Notes: generated by a model from the sequence alone, not told the origin. Positions 54,124 to 64,000 are shown, numbered from the stretch's first letter. The stretch: 64,000 nucleotides of DNA from a virus (IMGVR_UViG_3300036770_002724:32001-96000); one strand, 5' to 3'. Made by a program: numbers and translations.

Positions 54124-57100
54124 ATGGCATTTCCGAATGATCAGTACGCCCCTCCTGGGGTATACACCCAGACCAACTTTGAGAACCCGCTGGCCTCGAC
54201 CCTTGCTTCGGTCAAGGTGCCCGTGATGATCGGGGAGGGAAACGAGTCCCTCTTTCAGCGAAACCTCGAAGTCGTCCGGGGTTCCTCGAAGTCCGTAGAC
54301 ATCTTTGTTCCCCAGGAGGACGAGACGGGTCGGGCGGTCGTTTCGATTTCCCAGACGGGCCAGGTGACCCTCGGGGACTTCGACGGAATCCGCACCCGTT
54401 TCCGGGTCCGCCAGTTTCCCATCGTCACGGGCGACGGGACCGCGACGACCACGAACAATCGGTCGGACGTTCAAGTCACGACGACGAACAATCAGCCCCT
54501 CGTGGTCCTCTCGGTCGATGGCGCTCGGGGCATCATCGAACTGGCCCAGCCCCCGGCGGTCGGTCAGGTCGTCCGCTGCTCTTACTACTTTGACCGGACG
54601 GACACCCTGGCGACCGACAACGTGTCGGATCAGGTGACCCCGACTCCGGCTCTTATCCGAGCCGTCACCGGGATCATCGACGCCAACTCCCCGAACCAGA
54701 CGGGTCCGCAGACGCCCCTCACTTTCTACGGGGACGTCCTGAACTCGCTCGGTCAGGTGGTCGTTCCGGCGAACAACGTCCTCCTGCTTACCGTGGACGG
54801 GGTCGGACGGAACATCGTCATTCCGCCTCGCACCGGGTACACGATGGCTCAGGTGGCTTCGGCCATCTCGGCGGCGGCGGTCGGAACGCTCACCGCTTCG
54901 ACCTTCGTGAACCAGTACGGTATGTCCGCCCTCTCCCTCTCGGCGGACTTTGACATCACCGTAGGGGCAGGGTCGGCTAACGCGCTCCTGGGCCTGGTCG
55001 AAGGGGCTTCGTCGAACCGGACGAATGTCTTTTACGTCTTCAACGGGCCGATCACCGACGGCTCAAACGGCGGCGTGACCACCACCGACACCGCACACGT
55101 CACCGTGAAGGTCGATGGGCGTCAGGTCATCCCGACCAAGGTAGACGGTACGACCCGGGCGGTCACGCTCCCCTACGCGCCCAAGGCGGGCTCGACGGTC
55201 GCGATCACCTACTACTGGAACACTTGGCAGGATACGTTCGATTACCTTGCGAACATCGGGGTCAGCCAGATCACCGCTTGCGGCTTTACCCCGGGCGGTT
55301 CGGACTACATCCAGGGGGCCGACTTCATCCTCAAGGATGACAAGGTCGTCTGGGGTACGGCTTCTTTGGTGGCGGCGGGGGTCAATACCTCGGGGAGCGA
55401 GTTCTTCAACGAGTCGAAGATCACTCCGGTCCTCGTGGACAACAAGACCTTCCTCTCGCCGTGCGACCCTATCGTGGACGTGACCACGGGCGTCGCTTCG
55501 GCGCGGGACTTCACCCTTCCGTTCCAGCCGACCCTCGGAAACGGTCGAGACACTTCGCTCGGCCAGAGCCTTTTCCAGAGCGTCAGCAACGGGCGTATCG
55601 ACCTCCCGGTCAATCGCCCAGACGTGATCGACGCCTACTGGGGCTATGACGTTCCCGACGCTCTCGCTCGCGGGAAGATCAACGTCACCAAGGTCGATGG
55701 TCTGGTCATCACCCTGGAGTCGGATGTCCCGGTGGGGGCGAACGTCTACGCGACGTTCTACTACAACCGGCTGGTCGATCAGGAGTACACGCTTACCTGC
55801 ACGATTCCCGGGGTCTCGGGTGTCGGTCAGTACACGATTCAGGACAATGGCGCGAACGACCTCTTCAACGCCAAGTTCCCCACTAGCTCGAAAGGTTCGT
55901 CGCTCAACGGCGTGACCATCGAGTTCCCGTCAGGCTCGGAGTTGACTCCCGACCTTCGTCACGAGGGGTTGAGCGGGTCGGACTTCATTGGTCCGGTCGA
56001 AGAAACCGTGACCGTCCAGTTCGCCTCTCGGTGGGCGGGTCCGGCTCGGTTCTCCCTTCCGGGTTCGGCTCCATACCAGTTCATCCCGGGCCAGTCGGAT
56101 CGTCTGCGGATCCAGATCGACGGTTCGGATCTCGTGTCGGGCCTTACGGGCGCGAGCCTCAACGCGATCACGACTTCGACGAGCGCGTTTGGCAGCCTCC
56201 TCGGAAACGAGATTGCGTACACGGGCGGGACGGGCGCTACGGTCGGCCTGACCTACAGCCTAGACTCCGATGAGACGGTCAGCCTTCTCATCGACGGTTC
56301 GGATGTCGAGGTCACGGTCCCGGCGGCGAACAACGTCAACGCTAGCGTTTTCGTGGATCGCATCAACGAGGCGGCGTCGGGTCACTCCAGCACGGCGGCG
56401 GCGGGTGCAGCGGCGAACACCGAGATCGTCCTCAACGCGACGCCTCGGTCGAGCATCAACGGCTACTATGTGGGCTGGGTGGTCGTCATCGGTAACGGCG
56501 CAGCCGGTGCCGTTGCGGGTACGACGGCGGTCGTTACCGCGTACAACGGGTCCACGGGCGTCGCGACCGTGGGTTCTTCGCTCGGTGGTATCCCGCTGGC
56601 TCTCGACCCATACCACATCTACAATCCGACGGCTCGAAGCTACCTGAAGGGTGCGACGAAGTTCAGCGGTCCCGTCACGATCACGGCGGGTCAGCACGAC
56701 GACCTCCAGTTTACCTACATTGGAACGCCTTCTGGAACCTTCACGGATACCATCACGATCACGGCGGGGACTTACGCGAGCGTCGCAGCCCTCGTGACCG
56801 AGATCGAGACCCAGCTTGCGGCTTCCATCGGCGGTGCGGGTGCGGCGTTCGCGGGCCTCGACATCGAATGTTCGGCGGACGCCGACGGACGGCTCCAGTT
56901 CGCTATCCAGCTTCCGGGTGCCGATTCGGCGGGGTCGCTCCAGTTCCTCAACGCAGCTTCGGTTGCTCAGGACTTCGCCATCCTCGCCGGACTCGATACG
57001 GCGGCGGCAAGCGGCGGCGGTCAGGCGGCGCTCATCCAGGCTCCGGTCGCGGTCCTCTATACGGTCACTTCGGGCGGTGTCCGACCGTATGACCGGATTA

Positions 57101-59400
57101 TCCTACGGAACCGGATTCTTTCGGGCGGCGGAGCCAACAGTTCGATGGCTCCGGCTTCTGCGGAAGCCCAGACGGGCCTCGTAGTCCGGGGTGGAACCGG
57201 GCTGACGAAGGCAGGTTTGGAGCAGGGGTCGTTCGCGGAGGCCACGGCGAAAGCGGTGGTTCGTGCGGCGACGATTGCGGGCGAGGTGGTTCAGGACGGC
57301 GGTTACAGCGCCAACAGCGAGCTTCAGGTCACGTTCTATGACGGGACCGGAAGCGTGGCGGCGAACAACCAGTTCGCCTTCACGATGGACGGAGTTGCGG
57401 TGAACTTCGCTTTCATCGCTTCCGCGACGGGAACCGTCACTCCGCTGGGTCCGATCACGACTGCGACTACGGTCCTCGGTCAGATTGCGGCGGCGATGGC
57501 GGCGGTCGCCGGGCAGCCCTTCGGTAACGCGGCGGCGATCATCGCGGCCCGCTATGTCCGTCAGGAAGGTCTGGGGATCCGGCTCACCAGTTCGCTCTTC
57601 TCGGAGCAGTCGGTCATTACCGTCGGTTCGGGGAGCGCCAACGCGGTCCTCGGATTCACGGCAGGGACCACGGTGCAGAGGACGCTGGTGACGGCTAAGG
57701 CTTTGGCTTCGGCGGTCATGGGTCAGCGTCACGCGACGTTCAGCACCCTCCTGCTCGGGCTCGCGTCGTCGAACACCTACTTCTTCGACGAAGCCTTGGC
57801 GGGCGTCATCGAGGATGCGGCGGGGGCGGAGTACCTGTACCTCCAGTCTCGGACGGTCGGGACTAGCTCCCAGGTTCGGATTCGCTTCACGAGCGTGGGC
57901 GGTATTCGGACCCAGGACGCGACGTTCCCGGGAACCGGCCTCGACGTTCAGGATTCGGCGGGCGACATCGGAGAGGCGGCGATCAACGGGTTCTTTGTGA
58001 CCTCGAACGTCGTGAACGGCTCCGGGTCGGCTAACGACTCCATCTTGAACAACGGGACCGGGTCGGACGGTGTGATCGGCCAGACGTACCGGGATGCGGT
58101 CACGGGCCTGACCTTCACCATCTTGCCGAGGGGCTTCCAGACGAACTCGACCGGCCCGTGGGTTGCGTATCCGACGGGGGCCAATGCGACGTTCCGGGTC
58201 CAGGTCTCGAAGACGGTCACCTGTGACGCGAACCTTCCGATCACCGCTTTGCCGGGGGTCGAGTTGAAGGTGGCGAACACCTTCAACGTAGCGGCGGGGG
58301 ACACGGGCATCGTCAGCACCTTCAAGCGAGGGGGCAACGAGCCTGCGATTGGCGACCTCTACTACGTCAGCTACATCTACGAGAAGCAGGACTACAACAC
58401 CCAGTTCTTCACGAAGATGTCGTCCATTGAGGCGGCGTTCGGTTCGATCTCGCCGGACAACCCGGTTTCCCTTGCGAGCTACCTGGCGATCTTGAACGGC
58501 GCGATCCTGATCGGGATCAAGCAGGTCAAGAAGGCAGAGGGGTCGCAGCAGGGCAGTTTGGAGTCGTACCGGGCGGCTATCGAGGATCTGGAAGGGGTGC
58601 AGCCGGGCCAAGTGGCTCCGGATCTCATCACTCCGCTTCGCGGGGATTCGCTGGAGCTATTCCAGATCCTCAAGAAGTCGAACGCGATCATGTCCTCGAT
58701 TCGCTATCGCTCGGAGCGGACGAGCATCATCGGGCTCTCGGCGGGGACGCTTCCTGATGCGGCGCAGCGGGTCGCGGAGCAGCTTCGCGATACTCGGATG
58801 CGTCTCGTCTATCCGGACATTGTGACCGTGGACATCACGGATGCCTTTGGCCGGATCAAGGAATACCTGGTAGACGGGACGTACCTTGCGGCGGCGATGA
58901 CGGGTTCGGTGGTCTCTCCGAACTACGACGTAGCGACTCCGTGGACGAACCGGCTTCTCACCGGGTTCAACAGTCTCGCTCGCATCCTCGATGCGGTCGA
59001 GATGAACCAGATCGCGGTGTCGGGCGTCACGGTGCTTGAGCAGCGGGGGAACAATATCCGGGTGCGCCACGGGCTTACCACGGACATGACCAACCAGCTA
59101 ACCAAGCTCCCGACGATCATCCAGATCGCGGATGAGGTTCAGCGTCAGGCTCGGGCGACGTTGGAGCGGTTCATCGGCCTCAAGTACCTGCCGGGCATCG
59201 CTTCGCAGGTCGAGGGTCGGTTGTCGATGATGTTCAAGAACCTGGTCGCCGCTCAGATTGTTGCGGCGTACACGGGGGTGAAGGCGACTCCGGATGCGGA
59301 GGATCCGACGCTCTTGAACGTGGAGGCGTACTACAGCCCGATCTTCCCGCTGCTGTACATCGTGATCACGTTCAACCTGCGGTCGCGGTTGGCTGCCTAG
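54124..59400 (+). CDS. Contractile tail sheath protein, very large (1758 aa)
   Basis: N-terminal YAPPGVYT; C-terminal sheath core (NQIAVSGVTVL, IRVRHGLTT, ERFIG, VEAYYSPIFPLLYIVITF); long beta-rich insertions. Confidence 0.92.
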   Translation: MAFPNDQYAPPGVYTQTNFENPLASTLASVKVPVMIGEGNESLFQRNLEVVRGSSKSVDIFVPQEDETGRAVVSISQTGQVTLGDFDGIRTRFRVRQFPIVTGDGTATTTNNRSDVQVTTTNNQPLVVLSVDGARGIIELAQPPAVGQVVRCSYYFDRTDTLATDNVSDQVTPTPALIRAVTGIIDANSPNQTGPQTPLTFYGDVLNSLGQVVVPANNVLLLTVDGVGRNIVIPPRTGYTMAQVASAISAAAVGTLTASTFVNQYGMSALSLSADFDITVGAGSANALLGLVEGASSNRTNVFYVFNGPITDGSNGGVTTTDTAHVTVKVDGRQVIPTKVDGTTRAVTLPYAPKAGSTVAITYYWNTWQDTFDYLANIGVSQITACGFTPGGSDYIQGADFILKDDKVVWGTASLVAAGVNTSGSEFFNESKITPVLVDNKTFLSPCDPIVDVTTGVASARDFTLPFQPTLGNGRDTSLGQSLFQSVSNGRIDLPVNRPDVIDAYWGYDVPDALARGKINVTKVDGLVITLESDVPVGANVYATFYYNRLVDQEYTLTCTIPGVSGVGQYTIQDNGANDLFNAKFPTSSKGSSLNGVTIEFPSGSELTPDLRHEGLSGSDFIGPVEETVTVQFASRWAGPARFSLPGSAPYQFIPGQSDRLRIQIDGSDLVSGLTGASLNAITTSTSAFGSLLGNEIAYTGGTGATVGLTYSLDSDETVSLLIDGSDVEVTVPAANNVNASVFVDRINEAASGHSSTAAAGAAANTEIVLNATPRSSINGYYVGWVVVIGNGAAGAVAGTTAVVTAYNGSTGVATVGSSLGGIPLALDPYHIYNPTARSYLKGATKFSGPVTITAGQHDDLQFTYIGTPSGTFTDTITITAGTYASVAALVTEIETQLAASIGGAGAAFAGLDIECSADADGRLQFAIQLPGADSAGSLQFLNAASVAQDFAILAGLDTAAASGGGQAALIQAPVAVLYTVTSGGVRPYDRIILRNRILSGGGANSSMAPASAEAQTGLVVRGGTGLTKAGLEQGSFAEATAKAVVRAATIAGEVVQDGGYSANSELQVTFYDGTGSVAANNQFAFTMDGVAVNFAFIASATGTVTPLGPITTATTVLGQIAAAMAAVAGQPFGNAAAIIAARYVRQEGLGIRLTSSLFSEQSVITVGSGSANAVLGFTAGTTVQRTLVTAKALASAVMGQRHATFSTLLLGLASSNTYFFDEALAGVIEDAAGAEYLYLQSRTVGTSSQVRIRFTSVGGIRTQDATFPGTGLDVQDSAGDIGEAAINGFFVTSNVVNGSGSANDSILNNGTGSDGVIGQTYRDAVTGLTFTILPRGFQTNSTGPWVAYPTGANATFRVQVSKTVTCDANLPITALPGVELKVANTFNVAAGDTGIVSTFKRGGNEPAIGDLYYVSYIYEKQDYNTQFFTKMSSIEAAFGSISPDNPVSLASYLAILNGAILIGIKQVKKAEGSQQGSLESYRAAIEDLEGVQPGQVAPDLITPLRGDSLELFQILKKSNAIMSSIRYRSERTSIIGLSAGTLPDAAQRVAEQLRDTRMRLVYPDIVTVDITDAFGRIKEYLVDGTYLAAAMTGSVVSPNYDVATPWTNRLLTGFNSLARILDAVEMNQIAVSGVTVLEQRGNNIRVRHGLTTDMTNQLTKLPTIIQIADEVQRQARATLERFIGLKYLPGIASQVEGRLSMMFKNLVAAQIVAAYTGVKATPDAEDPTLLNVEAYYSPIFPLLYIVITFNLRSRLAA

Positions 59401-59420
59401 TCCATGACGGATTAGGACTG

Positions 59421-59464
59421 GGAAGGGGGTGTCGGGTGAGAGCCTGACACCCCCTTCCTGTTTC
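59421..59464. terminator. Terminator between convergent sheath and minus-strand gene
   Basis: 16-bp stem GGAAGGGGGTGTCGGG / CCTGACACCCCCTTCC (one G-U), GAGA loop, then TGTTT. Confidence 0.8.
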
Positions 59465-59472
59465 CTGGGAGT

Positions 59473-59940
59473 TCAAGCGGCAGCGGCGAGTCCGTCAAGC
59501 TGCTTGAGGATCTGCACCTTCCGCTCATTCGAGGGCTTCACGCCCGAGGGGAAGTAGCTGTTCACGGTCTCAGCGTCCACACCGAGGTCCAGAGCCCGCT
59601 TGCAAATCTCCTCCTTCGAGGGGAGCGCCACCCGGCCCTTGTCCGAGACGGTGAGCGTGAAGCCCGCGAGGGTGCGAGTCTCACCCGACGGGGCCTCGGC
59701 CTTGTCGGTGGCCTCCTCGACCTTGGCCTCGGCCTTGGGCTTCCGCTTCACCACGACCTTCTCGGCCTTCGGAGCCTTGGGCGCCTTCGGAGCCTTCTCG
59801 GCCTTGGGCGCCTCGACGGTCTCGGTGGTCGCGGCGGGCTTCGCCTTCAGCGACTCGATCTCGTTGAGCGCCGCCTGAGCGGCGTTCGCGAGCGCGAGCG
59901 ACTGGTGGTACACGGTCTTGAGGTGCATTTCGAGCGACAT
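59473..59940 (-). CDS. Lys/Ala/Pro-rich putative nucleoid-associated or histone-H1-like protein
   Basis: APKAEKAPKAPKAPKAEK repeats; SD AAAGGA; high-expression codon bias on the minus strand. Confidence 0.6.
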   Translation of the reverse strand: MSLEMHLKTVYHQSLALANAAQAALNEIESLKAKPAATTETVEAPKAEKAPKAPKAPKAEKVVVKRKPKAEAKVEEATDKAEAPSGETRTLAGFTLTVSDKGRVALPSKEEICKRALDLGVDAETVNSYFPSGVKPSNERKVQILKQLDGLAAAA

Positions 59941-60141
59941 TGTTTTGTCCTTTCGTTTTGAGGTCTTTGCTGACCCGGCCTTTACCTTACCTGCCTTTTC
60001 GTTTTCCGCTACCCTTTTTTTATCGCGTCTTCGTTTTTTTCCTTTTCTCGTGCGCTAGGCTTTACCCTTCATTGAGGGTTCTGGCCTCCCGTTTGCCAGC
60101 CTATACTGACCACTTCAGAGAAGACCTCGGGAGGTCCACAC

Positions 60142-60978
60142 ATGGTTGCCAGCAGCGATAAGAACCCACAGAACGGCGTACAGGGTACGTCGTACCTCTA
60201 TCAGTTTGGTACGACTCCAAACACGAGGACTGCGGTATCTCAGCGTAACCGCGTCCTGACTCCCGTCTACGGCAACAATGCGGCGCTTCATCAGATGGGC
60301 GTCTTGGGGACGTTTGGTGTCGATCAGTCGCGGACCATCGACAATGTCCGTGGCATCGGCTTCGGAGACAAGGTCGCGGAGCTTGTCCCTTCGATCCAGG
60401 AGCCTGTGACCGTCAGCCTGGAGCGTGCCCTTCTTTACCTCTGCAACATCTGGCAGGCGACCGGCTACGCAGCGGGAGTAGACGGCCCCGTGCGTATGCT
60501 CACGCACCATCGCTGGCCCTTCGACATTGAGCAGCAGTTGGTTTTCTCGACGCTCGCGGATGCGGACATCGGGGCTGCTTCGACGGGCGGTTACGGTGGG
60601 ACTTCGGGTAACTTCGACGGTGGCGTAAAGGCCATCGCATATCCCGAGGTCACCCAGGATGCGGGCAATCCTCGGAGCCCGACTTCTGCATCGCGCGGTC
60701 ACACGGCGATCATCACGATCTACGAGGCGTGCTGGTTCAACGCTACGGGCTCTTCTTTTGCCAAAGACTCCGGGCTTGTCATGGAGACGGCGAACGTCAC
60801 GGTGTCGGACATTCACGATTTCGCTTCGGTCTACGGCGAGTTTCTCGCGACCGGAAACGATCCGACCATCGGGCAGCTAGGCTCGATTCGTTTCGCTTCG
60901 CTGGAGGGCGCTCGATTCGACGGCGCTAGCGGTAGCGGAATCGGGGGCGGGGGTGCTGCTCTTCAGCTAGGCGGATGA
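60142..60978 (+). CDS. Tail tube protein
   Basis: SD GGAGG; follows sheath; beta-rich 278 aa (RGIGFGDKVAELVPS, RWPFDIEQQ, IYEACWFN, VMETANVTVSDI). Confidence 0.8.
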   Translation: MVASSDKNPQNGVQGTSYLYQFGTTPNTRTAVSQRNRVLTPVYGNNAALHQMGVLGTFGVDQSRTIDNVRGIGFGDKVAELVPSIQEPVTVSLERALLYLCNIWQATGYAAGVDGPVRMLTHHRWPFDIEQQLVFSTLADADIGAASTGGYGGTSGNFDGGVKAIAYPEVTQDAGNPRSPTSASRGHTAIITIYEACWFNATGSSFAKDSGLVMETANVTVSDIHDFASVYGEFLATGNDPTIGQLGSIRFASLEGARFDGASGSGIGGGGAALQLGG

Positions 60979-61205
60979 TGCTAGCCCCTTTGATGGGGTA
61001 ACGTGACCTCAACAGCTTCGGTGGCATCCGACCGACAGACGTACAAGAACGTATTATCCTTGTGCTTTCCCCGGCCCGTGTTGATAAGGGTCGGGGCCTC
61101 CGGCCAGACAAGCCGGTCAGACAGACGAGACGACTGAGAACGACATCGCATTGTGCTGTCTAGGGCCGACCGTTGCTGTTCCCTACCAGGACCAAGGGAG
61201 CAGAT

Positions 61206-62351
61206 ATGACCCTCACACTACAGGCACTAGAGAAAGCACTTGATACCATTGGCTCCGTCGGCAAAGGCGAGATTGCCTTTGATGTCGCCGGTACGTCCGT
61301 TGTTCTTCGGATCATTCCCCCTGAAGAGGAAGCCCTGATTCACAGGCAAGCCTCTCAGATGATCGTCGCTGACGAGTCCGGGAAGCAAGATCAGTATTCC
61401 GCTTTGGCCTACATCAACGAGGTCAAAACCGGCATCGTCGCCCATGCTCTCATCGAGATCGATGGGATAGACCTCCGGGGCTCCCCGTTCATTGAGACAG
61501 GGGAGAAGCTCCCGAACGGCAAGGCGGTCAAGATTTCGCGTGCGGAGGCCATCCGCAAGATCATCCGGCAAAAGGAGTGGTCAAGTACGCTCCAGGCCAT
61601 GATGTTCCGCAAATACGGCGAGTTGATCGAAGAGGTCGAACGCCAGGCGGAGAAGGCCATCGTCTTCAACCCTTCGGATCGACCTGCCGAGATCGACCGG
61701 CTGCGGAAGCGGCTTGAAGAACTTGAGGAGCAGGAGCGCCAAGCCAAGGAAGAGGGTGAAAAGACCGTAGGGACCGAGTTCGCCCGGAAGGTCCGGTCCA
61801 TCGTCGCGATGGAGGACCGCGAGGAGTCCCCAGAGCCCCCCGTCCAGGAGGTCCCTCCCCAGCCGGAACCTCAACTACCGGAGCAGGAGCCTATGGGGGC
61901 GGCTCCCAGTCGTCGTCCCTTGATCCCGCAGAGGGCCACCCCTCCCGCCCCCGTGGCTCAGACGGTAGTCCCTGATAGCCCTCCCCCCCAAGTTCTTCCT
62001 GTGGTGGACGACTCGTTCCTCGACACGAGCGACTCCGATGAAGCGATGCGGGAAATCGAGGCAGAGAATCAGCGGTTGCTGCGGGCTCGCATGGGGGCGG
62101 GTCAAGCCCTATCCCCGGCCCCTGAGTCGGCGCTTACGGCTCCGAGGGCAGCACGGCGTCCACCACACCTCGATGCCTTGGAGGCCAGTCAGCCAGACAG
62201 GAACTTTCTTGGTGGTCTGAACCAAGGGTCTTCTTCGCTCAAGGCTCCAGTAGAGGAGGTGTCGCGAGGCCCACAGCCGTCACGTCAGGTGTCGATCAAC
62301 ACGCCCGCCAAGGGTGGGTCGAATCCTCGGTTCAAGCCCACGGGTAGGTGA
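61206..62351 (+). CDS. Putative tail assembly chaperone
   Basis: Between tube and tape measure; SD AGGGAG; folded N-terminus plus Pro-rich tail. Confidence 0.65.
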   Translation: MTLTLQALEKALDTIGSVGKGEIAFDVAGTSVVLRIIPPEEEALIHRQASQMIVADESGKQDQYSALAYINEVKTGIVAHALIEIDGIDLRGSPFIETGEKLPNGKAVKISRAEAIRKIIRQKEWSSTLQAMMFRKYGELIEEVERQAEKAIVFNPSDRPAEIDRLRKRLEELEEQERQAKEEGEKTVGTEFARKVRSIVAMEDREESPEPPVQEVPPQPEPQLPEQEPMGAAPSRRPLIPQRATPPAPVAQTVVPDSPPPQVLPVVDDSFLDTSDSDEAMREIEAENQRLLRARMGAGQALSPAPESALTAPRAARRPPHLDALEASQPDRNFLGGLNQGSSSLKAPVEEVSRGPQPSRQVSINTPAKGGSNPRFKPTGR

Positions 62352-63559
62352 GCCTCATGTCGCTTCTCCCGGAGACGACGGCGGCGCAACGGGATCCTTT
62401 TTACGAGGACGTCGAGTCCTTGTTGCTCCCGGGTTTTTTGTCTCATCCCGTCGTCGTCCAAGACACCCCCCTTTGTCTGCGGACCCTTGGGCCGGGTGAC
62501 ATGTTCGCCCTCAAGGCCCGGATGACCACGTTGAGTTCGGAGTGGCGAGCCTGGACCGTAGCCTCGTCAATCTGGATGATCAACGGGATCAGTCTGTTGG
62601 ATGAGCCGGGTCTGGTTCCTCGATTGGCCGACACTGTCCGGTCGCTCCCAAAGAACGCCCAAGACATCCTGTTCGCCGTCATCGTCGGTTTGTTCGCGCG
62701 CCAGAACCGGGCGGGGACTTCCATCGAGTCCTACTGTTACGAGATCCAGTCCCGCTACCAATGGCGGTCCTTGAAGGGCACCAGTTTTCCGGACCATGCG
62801 GGCATACCGGGTGTCCAGCGGCTTGGGACGAACGTCATCCAGCGGATGTGGTCGGCGTACAACATGTACGAAGACCAGCGGGAGCAAGATGACACCTTGT
62901 GGGAGGGCTTCAAGCTCTCCGCGTCTGCGATGTCACCCAAGGGCATCCAGAAACTCGACCAAAGGGACAAGGAGCGACGCTCCAAGGAGAACCAGCGTCG
63001 CCAGGAGGTGATGGATCGGTTCTTCTACTGGAAGCTCGGGATCTTGGATACCCCGAAGACGTCCGGTGACCGTCGCAGGTCGCTCGATCACGGGTCTGGC
63101 GGGTCGAAGTCGGTCGAGGAACTAGAGGAGGAGATGCGGCGTTGGGTCAGCGGGGAAGAGGACTGGCACGACCGCGTTGTCCGCGAATACAAGCAGAAGA
63201 TCGTCGCCCGGATCGAATCTGACAAGATCGAACAGGACCGACGTATCGCAGCCCTACAAGCAGAGGCTGCGGCACAGGGTGCAGACCTGCGACCGAGTAC
63301 GGCCCTTGTCGGCTACACCCCGGATCAGCTTACCAATATCGTGGGGGATCGTCAGGTAGGTGCTCCTGGAACCCGCAGGGTCTCCTTGGGTGGCGGTCAG
63401 CAAGAATACCTCTATGAGAAGTACCTTGGGAGTGCTCTGACGCCGGGCAAGCTCAAGGTCGAGGGTGAGAAGCTCGTGGTGGAAGAGGACGCACAGCGGG
63501 CCAGTTTGTCCGAGCAGGTTGCTCAACGGCAAGTGCCCTTCACAAATGGGGGTAGCTAG
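62348..63559 (+). CDS. Putative second tail assembly chaperone
   Basis: GTGA overlap; directly upstream of tape measure. Confidence 0.6.
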   Translation: MSLMSLLPETTAAQRDPFYEDVESLLLPGFLSHPVVVQDTPLCLRTLGPGDMFALKARMTTLSSEWRAWTVASSIWMINGISLLDEPGLVPRLADTVRSLPKNAQDILFAVIVGLFARQNRAGTSIESYCYEIQSRYQWRSLKGTSFPDHAGIPGVQRLGTNVIQRMWSAYNMYEDQREQDDTLWEGFKLSASAMSPKGIQKLDQRDKERRSKENQRRQEVMDRFFYWKLGILDTPKTSGDRRRSLDHGSGGSKSVEELEEEMRRWVSGEEDWHDRVVREYKQKIVARIESDKIEQDRRIAALQAEAAAQGADLRPSTALVGYTPDQLTNIVGDRQVGAPGTRRVSLGGGQQEYLYEKYLGSALTPGKLKVEGEKLVVEEDAQRASLSEQVAQRQVPFTNGGS

Positions 63560-63561
63560 CG

Positions 63562-64000
63562 ATGGCTTCATCGGCAGTACTGAATCTTCTTGTAACTCCC
63601 CAGTTCACCAATGATGCGAGCTATCTCAGGCTATGGAATAGGCTGGCGGGTAGGCAGGGGGATACTCTCCGTAAGAAAATTCAGGAGGCCGTCGGAGCGG
63701 CTACGACCAAGGGCTTTTCGATCCAAGCGGCGGATCGATATGGTCAGAGGCTATTGCAGCAAGCCTCCAGGATCTCGGACCTTCAGGAAGCTCAGATCCA
63801 TCGGGACGCCGAGCTTGAGCGGAAACTCCAGAGTGAACTTCTCAGCGACCGGGAGAAGCAGACTCTACGAATTGAATACCTCCGTCACCAGCAGGAAATC
63901 GACAACCTTGAACGCAAGTTCAAGCGTGAGATGGAGGAAGCTGAGAAGATAGGTGACGCGATTGCGGAAAACGCCGCCAAGTCTTTCAGTGAGCGTTCCG
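63562..64000 (+). CDS. Tape measure protein, 3'-truncated
   Basis: ATG 63562 (MASSAVLNLLVTPQF...) reads open to the window end (not in supplied ORF track); helical charged sequence after the chaperones. Confidence 0.7.
   Translation, partial: MASSAVLNLLVTPQFTNDASYLRLWNRLAGRQGDTLRKKIQEAVGAATTKGFSIQAADRYGQRLLQQASRISDLQEAQIHRDAELERKLQSELLSDREKQTLRIEYLRHQQEIDNLERKFKREMEEAEKIGDAIAENAAKSFSERS

Larger units (their letters stand above)
1..64000. mobile_element. Large myovirus-type bacteriophage (or prophage) head, neck and tail morphogenesis region
   Basis: Terminase-portal-protease-scaffold-capsid-neck-sheath-tube-chaperone-tape measure order, dense mostly + strand coding; no host housekeeping operons or integrase seen in the window. 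Confidence 0.96.

Noticed and set aside
62300-62360. Programmed -1 frameshift between the two tail chaperones (lambda G/GT type)
   Set aside because: No XXXYYYZ slippery heptamer near the first stop; the GTGA overlap fits ordinary translational coupling.

Overview
The whole 64-kb window is the virion-morphogenesis region of a large, GC-rich, contractile-tailed (myovirus-type) phage or prophage. Gene order: putative terminase small subunit, terminase large subunit, portal, intein-containing prohead protease, scaffold-like protein, head decoration, major capsid, a four-paralog structural array, neck proteins, a 1758-aa tail sheath, tail tube, two tail chaperones and the start of the tape measure. 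Interleaved with these are a CCA-type nucleotidyltransferase, a 1345-aa multidomain protein (ADP-ribosyltransferase-like + topoisomerase IB + second nucleotidyltransferase-like domain), an RNA ligase, an HExxH metallopeptidase, a vWA protein, dCMP deaminase, an actin-fold ATPase and several homing-type endonucleases. The most striking pattern is a shared ~25-aa peptide (LRxxLIRLAxxxPxLRxxLLPLL[KR]) on eight otherwise unrelated proteins, plus a second basic motif (R[VI]AxR[YW]) on many others. I infer these are capsid-targeting tags for a set of packaged and injected cargo proteins. Also seen: a pseudoknotted putative ncRNA behind a conserved 42-bp element, and an exact 76-bp direct repeat flanking a 3-kb cassette. 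All family assignments come from motif recognition by eye; no database searches were run, so novelty is unverified.
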